The translations under genes and the position numbers were made by a program. Below are positions 49,082-57,880 of a stretch of DNA of 64,000 nucleotides, piece by piece. Numbering within the stretch: position 1 is the stretch's first letter; every line of letters starts with the position of its first letter. The stretch is taken from positions 2,876 through 66,875 of the forward strand of contig JBEKKR010000014.1 in the NCBI GenBank assembly GCA_050010635.1, written 5' to 3'. The notes under the pieces are model-generated. The model did no database searches and was not told the DNA's origin. It worked only from the letters and a program-made list of their open reading frames with translations. Source of the DNA: Candidatus Limnocylindrales bacterium. Its GTDB lineage: Bacteria > Chloroflexota > Limnocylindria > Limnocylindrales > CSP1-4.

Positions 49082-49444
49082 ATGCACATCCTCAGGAGGC
49101 CGCCGACGGTCAAGGCCCCTGCCGAGACCTTCACGGGCGATGCCTGGTTCGACGTGATCGCGCGGGGCGAAGAGCCGTCCCGGATCCGCGTCAACGTCGT
49201 CCGCTTCGCACCTGGCGCCCGCAACGCCTGGCACGCGCATGCCATGGGACAAACCCTGCACGTGACCGAAGGCGTCGGGCTGATCCAGTCCCGCGGTGGG
49301 GCGGTCATCGAGATCCACCCCGGCGACACGATCTACACGCCCGCTCGCGAATGGCACTGGCACGGCGCCGCGTGCGACCACTTCATGACGCACATCGCGA
49401 TGTGGGAGGCGCCCGCCGAAGGCCCACGTCCCCGTCCGACATGA
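49082..49444 (+). CDS. Cupin-domain protein
   Basis: Two-His cupin motif region WHAHAMGQTLHVTEGVG...IHPGDTIYTPAREWHWHG. 120 aa. Confidence 0.75.
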   Translation: MHILRRPPTVKAPAETFTGDAWFDVIARGEEPSRIRVNVVRFAPGARNAWHAHAMGQTLHVTEGVGLIQSRGGAVIEIHPGDTIYTPAREWHWHGAACDHFMTHIAMWEAPAEGPRPRPT

Positions 49445-50632
49445 GAAGGTCGACCTGGACCAGCGTCCCGGATAGGCCAGCCGTTACTGATTGGGCCCGC
49501 GAAGGTCCACACGATGGCTGCATTGCACTCGTCTCGACGGCGCCGAACGGGAGCCAGGGAGCCATTGGCGACAACGGATCGAGTCAGGCTTCTGCACATT
49601 CCGCCATACCGCCCGCGGGTTTGGTGGATAAGTACGGGAAACGGGCCGCCAGTTGGTGGACAAGTCCCTTGTGCGGATCACTTCGAACATTGATTCTAAA
49701 TCTTGCCCGAAGGGGCCGACATTCACTGTCGAACCGGACCAGGGAGCAATCTCCGGAACGGTACCGGGAGACCGGGCCGACGACCGCAAGGCTGCCGGCA
49801 ACGGATCCGGCGGCGGATCGACGATCACGAGCAATCGCGATTGCCGGTGCGCCAGTCGATGGACAGCCAGTTCCTTTGGGCGTTTTGCTGTCCGCCCCCC
49901 GGCCTTCGGGCGCCCCAATGGACCCGAGAGACAGTCCTTGTCGACGACTACGCTCACCTGACGCCACGGCTCGGCCGGCGACAGCGTGATGGTTCCGGCG
50001 GCTGGTACCTCGAAGGCGATCCCCGATTCGACGGAAGCCTGACAAGCCTCCTGCGATCGGGTCGAACGAGCCGGGTCTTGAGTTCTTGGCTCGGCACCAT
50101 CTGGTCGGAGGCTTTCGAGAGGATCCTCTCGACGGAACTCACACAGTCGGGATCTAGGCGAAGGATCCCCGATCAATGGCAGACCTGGACATCCGACGAG
50201 AGGACGCACTGGGTCGAGAAGAGCCTTCGCCCGGCTCGGGAGTCGGAGGCGGAGCGAAACCATGGGTCCCGTTCCTGAAGTCTCGGCCGCGTTTCGCCCC
50301 TTCCGCAGAGACTAACCGCGCATGGTGCCAGGAGTTACCTACGCCCGGGCCAGGACAGCTCCGCCCCGCCGGGAGGTCGAGTCGGTGCCTGCCCAAGGAG
50401 GTTGTCGGCCCTGACTTTCTCTGAAGTCGTCAAGGAACAACGCGCTCCCGGCTGAAAACGCCAGACCGGCGCCCCGCCCCAGGCACAAGTCCCGCCCTTG
50501 GGCCTGCCCCAAGATGTGGCTCGCATTGTGGCGGTCCGGCGGCGCGGCAGCGGCGTTCAGGGGTCGGTGCGGCCCGTCGCCACTTCGGCACCAATGGCCC
50601 TGACCCTTGCACCAGTGGCCGGCGGATACTGA

Positions 50633-52024
50633 ATGTCGTCTTCGGAAGATGCCGAGGCGCGGCCTGTGGACAAGAAGGATGCCATCATGAAAACCATCGT
50701 CGAGTCCCCCGATCTCGTCGTCGTAACCAGGTACACGCGCGGCGTGGTCGGGCCGAGCCTCGGGACCGCTGGGACTGTCAGAGACGGCGGACGGATCCGC
50801 ACCGTCACACCGCCCGGCTGCTGGGGCCCGATGATCACGCCCATCTTCGCCGGGGGTCACGAGGTCTCCTGGCCGGTGGCCGTCGAAGGCGCCAGGGTGG
50901 GCGACGCTATTGCCATCAGCATCGACAAGGTCGAGGTCCGTTCCCGCGCGACCAGCTCGGGAACAATGACCACCAATCCGGCCGCGTTCGGGAGCGACCC
51001 ATTCGTCGACCACAAGTGCCCCGGGTGTGGCACGCTCTGGCCGGAGACCCGCCTCGAGGGCACGGGTCCCGACGCCGTGCGGTGCGCGAGCTGCGGCGCC
51101 GAGTGCAGCCCGTTCAAGTTCGACGAGGGATACACGATCGCGTTCGACGACGACCGGGTCATGGGCCTGACAGTCGACGAGCGGGTCGCCCACGCGTTCG
51201 CGCTCGACGCTCGCGAGGTCGCTGGCCTGCCCGAGGGCAGCGAACAGCACCCGATCCTCGTGTATGAACCCCACACTATCCCCGGCACTCTCTCGCGACT
51301 GCGCTCGTTCATCGGCAACATCGGCACGATACCGTCGAAAGACATGCCCGACTCCCACAACGCCGGCGACTTTGGGTCGTTCCTCGTCGGGGCCTCTCAC
51401 AAGTTCGCTATGACCGCGGATGAGCTCAAGGAGCATCGCACCGACGGTCACCTCGATTGCGACTCGGTGCGCGCCGGGGCCATCCTCGTGGTCCCGGTCA
51501 AGGTGGACGGCGGCGGGATCTACATCGGTGACTCTCACGCCAACGAGGGCGACGGGGAGCTCGCGCTGCACACGACCGACATTACGGCGGAAGTCGAAGT
51601 GAGGGTGGACGTGCTGAAGGGCGTACACCTCGAGGGGCCGGTCCTGCTGCCGGTCGCCGAAGACCTGCCCTGGATCGCCCGGCCGTTCACGACCAGCGAG
51701 ATCGAGCGGGGGCGCAAACTCGGTGAGCACCACGGCGTGCAGGTCCAGGCGGGCGTCGCCCCGGTCCAGTTCATCGGCTCTGGTCCCACCATCAACGATG
51801 CCGCCGACAACGCCATCGCGAGAGCGGCGACACTGCTTGGCATCAGCCAGGCAGAGGTTCGCAACCGCTGCACGATCAGCGGTAACGTCGAGATTGCTCG
51901 GCTGCCGGGGGTGGTGCAGCTCACGATGCTGGCCCCTCTCGACCTGCTCGACCGCGCCGGCCTCGGTGACCTGGCGCGGAGGCAGTACGGTTCTAACCCC
52001 TTGCCGAAGACGCCGAGGCAGTGA
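50633..52024 (+). CDS. Acetamidase/formamidase (FmdA_AmdA) family protein
   Basis: 463 aa with a Cys-rich zinc-ribbon-like insertion (CPGCG...CASCGAEC) and conserved FmdA blocks (GPVAVEGARVGDAIAISI, GGGIYIGDSHANEGDGEL). An alternative start is ATG at 50687 (MKTIVESP). Confidence 0.8.
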   Translation: MSSSEDAEARPVDKKDAIMKTIVESPDLVVVTRYTRGVVGPSLGTAGTVRDGGRIRTVTPPGCWGPMITPIFAGGHEVSWPVAVEGARVGDAIAISIDKVEVRSRATSSGTMTTNPAAFGSDPFVDHKCPGCGTLWPETRLEGTGPDAVRCASCGAECSPFKFDEGYTIAFDDDRVMGLTVDERVAHAFALDAREVAGLPEGSEQHPILVYEPHTIPGTLSRLRSFIGNIGTIPSKDMPDSHNAGDFGSFLVGASHKFAMTADELKEHRTDGHLDCDSVRAGAILVVPVKVDGGGIYIGDSHANEGDGELALHTTDITAEVEVRVDVLKGVHLEGPVLLPVAEDLPWIARPFTTSEIERGRKLGEHHGVQVQAGVAPVQFIGSGPTINDAADNAIARAATLLGISQAEVRNRCTISGNVEIARLPGVVQLTMLAPLDLLDRAGLGDLARRQYGSNPLPKTPRQ

Positions 52025-52066
52025 GTAAGGCGAGCGGGCCAACCTTCCCCGCGCCGCTACCGATCG

Positions 52067-52180
52067 TCATGAATGGAGGCGCCAGCCCGACCTAGCTCGG
52101 ATCGCCTCGGTCTTGGTGTCGCCGGCGGCCAGGCGTGTGGCAACGTAAGCCTGCCCGAGCCGGGTAATTCGGCGCAGATT
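52067..52180 (-). mobile_element. Short 3' remnant of an IS110-family transposase gene
   Basis: Encodes ...NNLRRITRLGQAYVATRLAAGDTKTEAIRA... This is ~90% nucleotide identity over ~65 nt to the 3' end of the partial IS110 transposase at 61040-61110. Confidence 0.6.
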
Positions 52181-52202
52181 GTTGACCGACGCCGTCGCCG
52201 CC

Positions 52203-52634
52203 TCAGGCGTTCGCGAAGCGCAGTCGCTCGGCCGCGCCTGGATCGTGGGCCGGAAGGATGACCAGGCCCGGATTGCGCTCCTCGAGCTGCCGGACCAATG
52301 CCGACGCCCGATGAAGCTCGGCCTTATCCCCAACGCCGGGAATCCGGCCCGCCTCGAGCAGCTGCGACTCGTAGGTCAGGTCGCCGACAAGCAGCAAAGG
52401 CACCCTGCCAGGACGCCGGACCAGGAGGGACATCGAACCGGGTGTGTGTCCCGGAGTAGGTAGAAGGACCAGCGACCCATCGCCCATGACGTCATACGCC
52501 GCCGTGAAGGGAGCGAGGGCCGGATCATCCGTAGGTGTGAACTTGATCTGGCGATAGCGTGCTCCGGGCAAGTCGATGTGGCGACGTGCCGAAGGCGAAC
52601 CCCACGGCGGATGCAGCGTCGGCTGCCGCGCCAT
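52203..52634 (-). pseudogene. MBL-fold metallo-hydrolase, C-terminal fragment (lacks the HxHxDH motif)
   Basis: Contains the distal motifs only (LLPTPGHTPGS, LLVGDL, ILPAHDP). Its 5' end abuts the start of the plus-strand MBL gene with no intergenic space. Confidence 0.5.
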
Positions 52635-52636
52635 AA

Positions 52637-53268
52637 TGCCGGCGATGCAAATTGCCGCCGGCGTCTACAAGGTCGATGGCCTGAGAGCGGCCAATGTCTA
52701 CCTGGTGGCGATCGATGATGGCCTCCTCCTGGTCGATACCGGCATGCCTGGGAACGCTAAGCGGATCCTGGCCTACATCGAGAGCACCGGCGGTCACGCG
52801 GCCGACCTGCGCTACATCGTCCTTACGCACTCCGACATGGACCACATCGGCAGTGTCGCGCGGCTCAAGGAGCTGACGGGCGCCAAGGTCGCCATCCACG
52901 AACTCGACGGGCCTGTCCTCGCGGGGCGGCGGCGGGCCCAGAAGGGCGGGCCTCTGATGGCCGTGTTCGGTCGGCTGTTCAGGATTCGGCACATGGCGCC
53001 AGACCTGCTCCTCAAGGATGGGGATGTTGTCGGTGGCCTGACGGTCATTCACGTGCCGGGTCACACCGCCGGGAGCATCGTCTTGGTCCGCGAGGACGGC
53101 GTGGTGTTCTCCGGAGATGCGCTGATCAGCAACAACGCTGGGCAGGTCCGCCCGCCCAGGCCGCGTCTTGCGCTCGATCCAGCTCAGGCGCAGGCCTCCG
53201 CCGAGCGGATCAAGGCGCTGCCGACGAAGCTGCTCTGCACGGGCCACGGGGCGCCGGTCCGTTTCTAG
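52637..53268 (+). CDS. MBL-fold metallo-hydrolase
   Basis: LLVDTG...IVLTHSDMDHIG (HxHxDH)...HVPGHTAGS...FSGDAL...CTGHG. Confidence 0.8.
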
Positions 53269-53505
53269 CCGGCGCCGCTGGCCGAGCATCTGACCAGGAG
53301 CGCTATTCACTCATGGTGTAGCGGACACCCGCATGCTTTACGCTCAGTACTCCGCCAGACTCGGCTGTCCACTGTCTGGGACAATGTCGTCGCTCGGCGT
53401 GCTCGCTCGACGAGTCGACGGGGATCGGCCAGATCCCCGGTCCGGCCGGCCGCGCCCGGCTGCAGGGCAGCCCCGTCGCTTGTCTCTGGCCGGCTCTTCT
53501 AGGAC

Positions 53506-54078
53506 GTGAGGATGGCAATGGATCTGCTTCAGGCGATTTCCGGACGGCGATCGGTTCGCGACTACACCAGCCAGCGGCCAGACGACTCGATCATCGCCCG
53601 GTTGCTGACCGCTGCCGTGAACGCTCCCAGCGCTCGCAACGGTCAGCCATGGCGCTTCACAGTCGTACGGGACCCCGAACTGCTCGATCGCCTTTCGACC
53701 GAGGCTAAGACATACCAGCTGGCCACACTGCCGGCCGGGCATGGCAATGAGGAGCGACGGGCCAGAATGGCCGACCCGGCCAACCATCTGCTGCAACACG
53801 CCCCCGCATTGGTCCTCATCTCGGCCGTCGAGTCTTCGACCTGGGCAGTGGAGGATTGCGCCCTTGCCGCCCAGAACCTGATGCTCGCGGGCTGGAGCCT
53901 GGGTCTCGGCAGCTGCTGGATCGGCAATGTCCAGTTCTACCTCAACACCCCCGAGGGCAAGCGGCTCCTCGGCCTGCCTGAAGGATGCGTGCCGGTAGCC
54001 CCGATCATCGTCGGCTACCCTGCGAGCCAGCCTGTCCCAGTCCCGCGCAACGAGCCCGTTGTCAGCTGGATTGGTTAG
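53506..54078 (+). CDS. Nitroreductase family protein
   Basis: ISGRRSVRDY...AAVNAPSARNGQPWRFTVV...CWIGNVQF. FMN-dependent nitroreductase fold. Confidence 0.85.
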   Translation: MRMAMDLLQAISGRRSVRDYTSQRPDDSIIARLLTAAVNAPSARNGQPWRFTVVRDPELLDRLSTEAKTYQLATLPAGHGNEERRARMADPANHLLQHAPALVLISAVESSTWAVEDCALAAQNLMLAGWSLGLGSCWIGNVQFYLNTPEGKRLLGLPEGCVPVAPIIVGYPASQPVPVPRNEPVVSWIG

Positions 54079-54146
54079 AGGAGGCGTTCGTCTCCGCTGC
54101 TCGCAGACCGCGACGACTCGGCCCGAGCGCCCACGCTCAGGGTCCT

Positions 54147-55470
54147 GACGCTATGAAACTCTATGAAAGGGAGCCCGCGGTCAAGCTGGGCACCTCGCGT
54201 GTGATTTCAGCCCAGGCCGGCCTCACGGCCCGGCGGACTGATCAACGAATCGAGCAGCGCTCATCTCTCTATGGCCTTCTCTCGTTGGCGAAGGACCAGG
54301 TCAGGTGGGAGGCTGCGCCGGCGGCCCAATTCCATTAGGGGGTCGTCACGCGACCAGTTTCATAGCGGGGCCTGCCGGGGCAAAGGGTTCGTTCTTTGTG
54401 AGGACGTGCCAGATGGCTTCGGCCAGCTGGCGGGCGATATCGACACGGGCAACCTTGGCGCCACGCTGGCGGCCGAGGCGGCGCTTGTTCCGCTCGTAGC
54501 GATCGCGATAGCGCGGATCGCGGGCGGCGTGGGTGGCGGCCTCGATGAGCGCCCAGCGCAGGTACTTCGGGCCATTCTTGGCGAGCGGCCCACGGACGTC
54601 CCGGTTGCCAGACTGGCGCACGAGCGGGCACAGTCCGGTGTATCCGGTGAGCTTCTTAGGACTGGCGAACCGAGCAATGTCGCCGATCTCGGAGGAGATC
54701 GTGTAGGCGAGCAGCGGACCCACGCCGGGTACCGTCAGCAACAGCGGGACGTATGGGTGGTCTGCACCGAGCCGGGCGATCTCTCGACCGCACTCATCGA
54801 TGCGCTCGTCGAGCTCGTCGACCATGGCCAGGCTCGTGGCCAGGGTGGTTGCCCAGGGCTCGGACAGCTCGAGGCCCGCGAGTAGTTGACGGCCAGCGGT
54901 CCCGAACAGGTCGGCCACCGGGACCGGGTGGCCAAAGCTCATGAGCGTGGCATGGATGCGACACTTCAACGCGCTCCGGTGGCGGACCAGATGGATTCGG
55001 AAGCGGGCCCGCTCGCGCTCCGCGCGGACGCCTGGTGTGGGCAGCCAGATCTCGGGCACGAGGTCGCGGCGGGCCAGTTCGGCCAGCACGTGAGCGTCGA
55101 TCTTGTCGGTCTTGGCGGCGAGCGGCGCCAGACCCTTGGCCTTCACCGGATCTGCAATAGCGACGTCCCAGCCCCACCGCTCAAGGGTGTCGTGGACGAA
55201 CCGCGCGCCAGTCATGGACTCTATGGCCGCGGTAACCTCCTCGCGGTGGAGTAGGACGTGCCCTGCGAGGCTGCGCAGGGCGTCCGCGTCTGGGTGAATG
55301 GCTAGGACCTCGACCGTTCGCCCTTCTTCATCGAGCACGTGCACATCGAGCCTCTGGCGCGACAGGTCCAATCCGGCGTACAACATGGCTGGAGCCTCCT
55401 CGGTGCTGGTTGCTTTGACAACCCAACCTTGTCACCGGTGGGGCTCCCTTTCATGGAATTCCATAGGGTC
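54147..55470 (-). mobile_element. Intact IS110-family insertion sequence (~1.32 kb) bounded by 30-bp imperfect terminal inverted repeats
   Basis: Left end GACGCTATGAAACTCTATGAAAGGGAGCCC (54147-54176). The reverse complement of the right end (55441-55470) is GACCCTATGGAATTCCATGAAAGGGAGCCC, a 26/30 match. It encloses the transposase ORF. Confidence 0.8.
54346..55386 (-). CDS. IS110-family transposase (DEDD catalytic domain plus Transposase_20 C-domain)
   Basis: MLYAGLDLSRQRLDVHVLDEEGR... N-terminal DEDD motif region. C-terminal YTGLCPLVRQSGNRDVRGPLAKNGPKYLRWALIEAA, typical of the IS110 family. Confidence 0.9.
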   Translation of the reverse strand: MLYAGLDLSRQRLDVHVLDEEGRTVEVLAIHPDADALRSLAGHVLLHREEVTAAIESMTGARFVHDTLERWGWDVAIADPVKAKGLAPLAAKTDKIDAHVLAELARRDLVPEIWLPTPGVRAERERARFRIHLVRHRSALKCRIHATLMSFGHPVPVADLFGTAGRQLLAGLELSEPWATTLATSLAMVDELDERIDECGREIARLGADHPYVPLLLTVPGVGPLLAYTISSEIGDIARFASPKKLTGYTGLCPLVRQSGNRDVRGPLAKNGPKYLRWALIEAATHAARDPRYRDRYERNKRRLGRQRGAKVARVDIARQLAEAIWHVLTKNEPFAPAGPAMKLVA

Positions 55471-55563
55471 GGAGCCGGAAAACGGCCAAGCACGTGGAAA
55501 TGGGGTTTCCATCCTCGTTCCGGCGGGTGCGGACAAGCAGGCTGTGGACGAAAGAAGGTCCCC

Positions 55564-55635
55564 ATGGAACTCCTACTCGTCATCATCATTCTGATTCTGC
55601 TGTTCGGCGGCGGCTTCAGCTTCTACCGTCGCTGA
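55564..55635 (+). CDS. Candidate 23-aa hydrophobic micro-protein (MELLLVIIILILLFGGGFSFYRR), DUF3309-like composition
   Basis: AGAAGG Shine-Dalgarno 5 nt upstream of the ATG. GC3-rich codons. Poly-Leu/Ile helix then GGGF, resembling half of the ~50-aa DUF3309 small membrane proteins. Lies ~95 bp outside the IS right end. Confidence 0.35.
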   Translation: MELLLVIIILILLFGGGFSFYRR

Positions 55636-55876
55636 GGATCGGGCATCTGAGGGCGGCCGATCCCTCAGGCTGAACGAGACCGCGTCCCGAGTGCGAGGGC
55701 GCGGTCTTGCTGCAGCGTGGGGTGCCATGCCTCTGACTATGCTCAACAGTCTGTTCGCCGGGTTCGTGGCAGTCAGGGACGACGATTCTTCTTCAGATTC
55801 CTGGTCCGGCAGCTGGTCGGACGCGACTTCAAACGCGCCCGAACAACGACGCCACGGTTCTCACGACCACTAGCAC

Positions 55877-56182
55877 GTGATCCGCACATTCATCGCCCGC
55901 GTACCTGAAGGAGATCCCGTGACCAACGACAGTGCTACCAGTCCGGGCACCCCGGACGCCGTCGACATCGTCACCGACCCGACGGGGGACGCGCGGCTCA
56001 ACGAAGACTCAATCGGGGCCAATGTCGGACCATTGCCGCCCATCGATGCCGTGCCCGGCGGCCCGTCAAACGAGAATGGAGCGATAGACGGCCTGCCCGG
56101 CCGCTACGAGCGCCAGGATGAAGAGGACGCCGCAGCAGGGTTGGATATGACCCGAGCTCCACTCGTCGCGAGCAATGGGTAG
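55877..56182 (+). CDS. Hypothetical acidic protein
   Basis: 101-aa Asp/Glu/Pro/Gly-rich ORF with good GC3. No family recognised. Confidence 0.35.
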   Translation: MIRTFIARVPEGDPVTNDSATSPGTPDAVDIVTDPTGDARLNEDSIGANVGPLPPIDAVPGGPSNENGAIDGLPGRYERQDEEDAAAGLDMTRAPLVASNG

Positions 56183-56366
56183 CGAGCGTCCGCAAATCAT
56201 CGTCGTCCGCCAGGGCGGCGACCATGGCTGCCTCATCACGATTCTTCTCCTGATCGTGGCGTGGCCGCTGGCCATCGTCTATTGGATCCTGCGGTTGATG
56301 GCTTGGGGCGTTGGCGCCATGGTTGACTGGCTGACCCTCGGGCCGGCCCGACGCCGCCGACGCTGA
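56175..56366 (+). CDS. Small membrane protein (possibly PLDc_N-like)
   Basis: 63 aa: hydrophobic helix ILLLIVAWPLAIVYWILRL, then a poly-Arg C-terminus. Weak resemblance to small PLD-nuclease-N-terminal-domain membrane proteins. Confidence 0.35.
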   Translation: MGSERPQIIVVRQGGDHGCLITILLLIVAWPLAIVYWILRLMAWGVGAMVDWLTLGPARRRRR

Positions 56367-56491
56367 GCGCTTGGGCGTGTGCCTCGCACGCAGGCAGTAG
56401 AGCCTGTCGTGCTCCGCGGGCCAGGGTCTCGCGACCACGTACTTGGCGCTGCGGACGGCTAGCCTAGAGTAGAGAGGGGAGGAGGTCTGGC

Positions 56492-57844
56492 TTGCCCGAA
56501 CGGAACCCATCGACCAGAGCTGCCGAGCCGCGGGTGCACTCCGACCGGCCCGTAGATCCCAAGGCAGTCGAGCTTCGGGCCGAGAAGAATCCACTGAGGC
56601 GCCTCGGCAAAGCCCTTGGTCCGGGCCTGATCACCGGGGCATCAGACGACGATCCTTCGGGCATCGGGACCTATGCCCAGGCCGGCGCGCAGTACGGCTT
56701 TGCCACGCTCTGGACGACTATCGCGATGCTGCCGATGCAGACGGCCGTCCAGTACATGTGCGCCAAGATCGGCCTGGTGACCGGCAAAGGTCTGGCGGGC
56801 GTGCTGCGCGAGCATTACCACCGGGCCCTCTATCCGGCAGTCATCGGTCTGGTCATTGCCAACACCTTGAATGCCGGCGCCGATATCGGTGCGATAGCCG
56901 CGGCCATGAACCTGCTCGTGCCGCCGATCGAGACCATCGTCTTCGTCGTGCCCGTCGGCCTCGGGATAATCGCCCTCCAGGTCTTCGGCAGCTATCGCCT
57001 CATCGAGAAGGTCTTCAAGTGGCTTTCTCTGGCCCTGCTCGCTTACATCGGGGCAGCCCTGTTCGCGCGGCCCGACGTCGTAAAGGTCCTGATCGGATCG
57101 CTGGTTCCCACGATCTCGTTTGACCCGAAATACATAGGAATCGTCGTCGCGCTCCTGGGCACCACCATCTCGCCCTACCTCTTCTTCTGGCAGGCCAGCC
57201 AGGAAGTGGAGGAGCAGATCAGCATCGGGCGGCGCACCCTCCGACACCGCCAGGGGGCCACTCGGTTCGAGCTCAAATACGCACGGTGGGACACGATTGC
57301 GGGGATGGTCTTCTCGGAGATCGTGGCCTACTTCATCATCCTCACCACCGGCGCCACTCTGTTCGTGGCGGGCAAGCATGATGTCGCCTCAGCAACCGAT
57401 GCCGCGCAGGCTTTGCGTCCCCTGGCCGGCGACGCGTCCGCCCTCCTGCTTGCCATCGGGCTCATCGGAGCCGGCGTCCTGGCAGTGCCTGTCCTCACGG
57501 GTTCGGCGGCCTACGGCGTGTCCGAGGCATTCGGCTGGCGATCCGGCCTCGATCACAAGCTCACTCGGGCGCCGCAGTTCTACCTTGTTATCGTCGCGGC
57601 GACGCTTGTCGGGATGGCCATCAACTTCCTGGGGATCAATCCCATCACGGCCCTTGTACTGAGCGCCGTCTTGAACGGCCTGATCGCCGTGCCGCTCGTC
57701 TTCCTACTGATGATCGTCTGCAACGATCGCGCGGCGATGGGCGATCGGACCAACGGTCGTCTTCTGAATGTCATCGGTTGGGTCACGACGATAGCCATGG
57801 GCGTGGCGGCCGTCGGCCTGATCTTGACGACGGTATTCGGCTAG
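56492..57844 (+). CDS. NRAMP (SLC11)-family transporter with non-canonical metal-site motifs (NRMT/Nramp-related type)
   Basis: 11-12 TM, GPGLITGASDDDPSGIGTYAQAGAQYGF (DPSG where MntH has DPGN) and TISPYLFFWQ (SPY where MntH has MPH). TTG start with a GGAGGAGG RBS. Confidence 0.75.
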   Translation: MPERNPSTRAAEPRVHSDRPVDPKAVELRAEKNPLRRLGKALGPGLITGASDDDPSGIGTYAQAGAQYGFATLWTTIAMLPMQTAVQYMCAKIGLVTGKGLAGVLREHYHRALYPAVIGLVIANTLNAGADIGAIAAAMNLLVPPIETIVFVVPVGLGIIALQVFGSYRLIEKVFKWLSLALLAYIGAALFARPDVVKVLIGSLVPTISFDPKYIGIVVALLGTTISPYLFFWQASQEVEEQISIGRRTLRHRQGATRFELKYARWDTIAGMVFSEIVAYFIILTTGATLFVAGKHDVASATDAAQALRPLAGDASALLLAIGLIGAGVLAVPVLTGSAAYGVSEAFGWRSGLDHKLTRAPQFYLVIVAATLVGMAINFLGINPITALVLSAVLNGLIAVPLVFLLMIVCNDRAAMGDRTNGRLLNVIGWVTTIAMGVAAVGLILTTVFG

Positions 57845-57880
57845 ACGGCAAGCGGTCCGAGGAGTGGGCGCCAGCATCGA

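Noticed and set aside
50339-52042. 567-aa minus-strand ORF antisense to the formamidase gene
   Set aside because: The plus frame matches the FmdA_AmdA family. The minus translation is Arg/Gly/Asp-rich with no motif.
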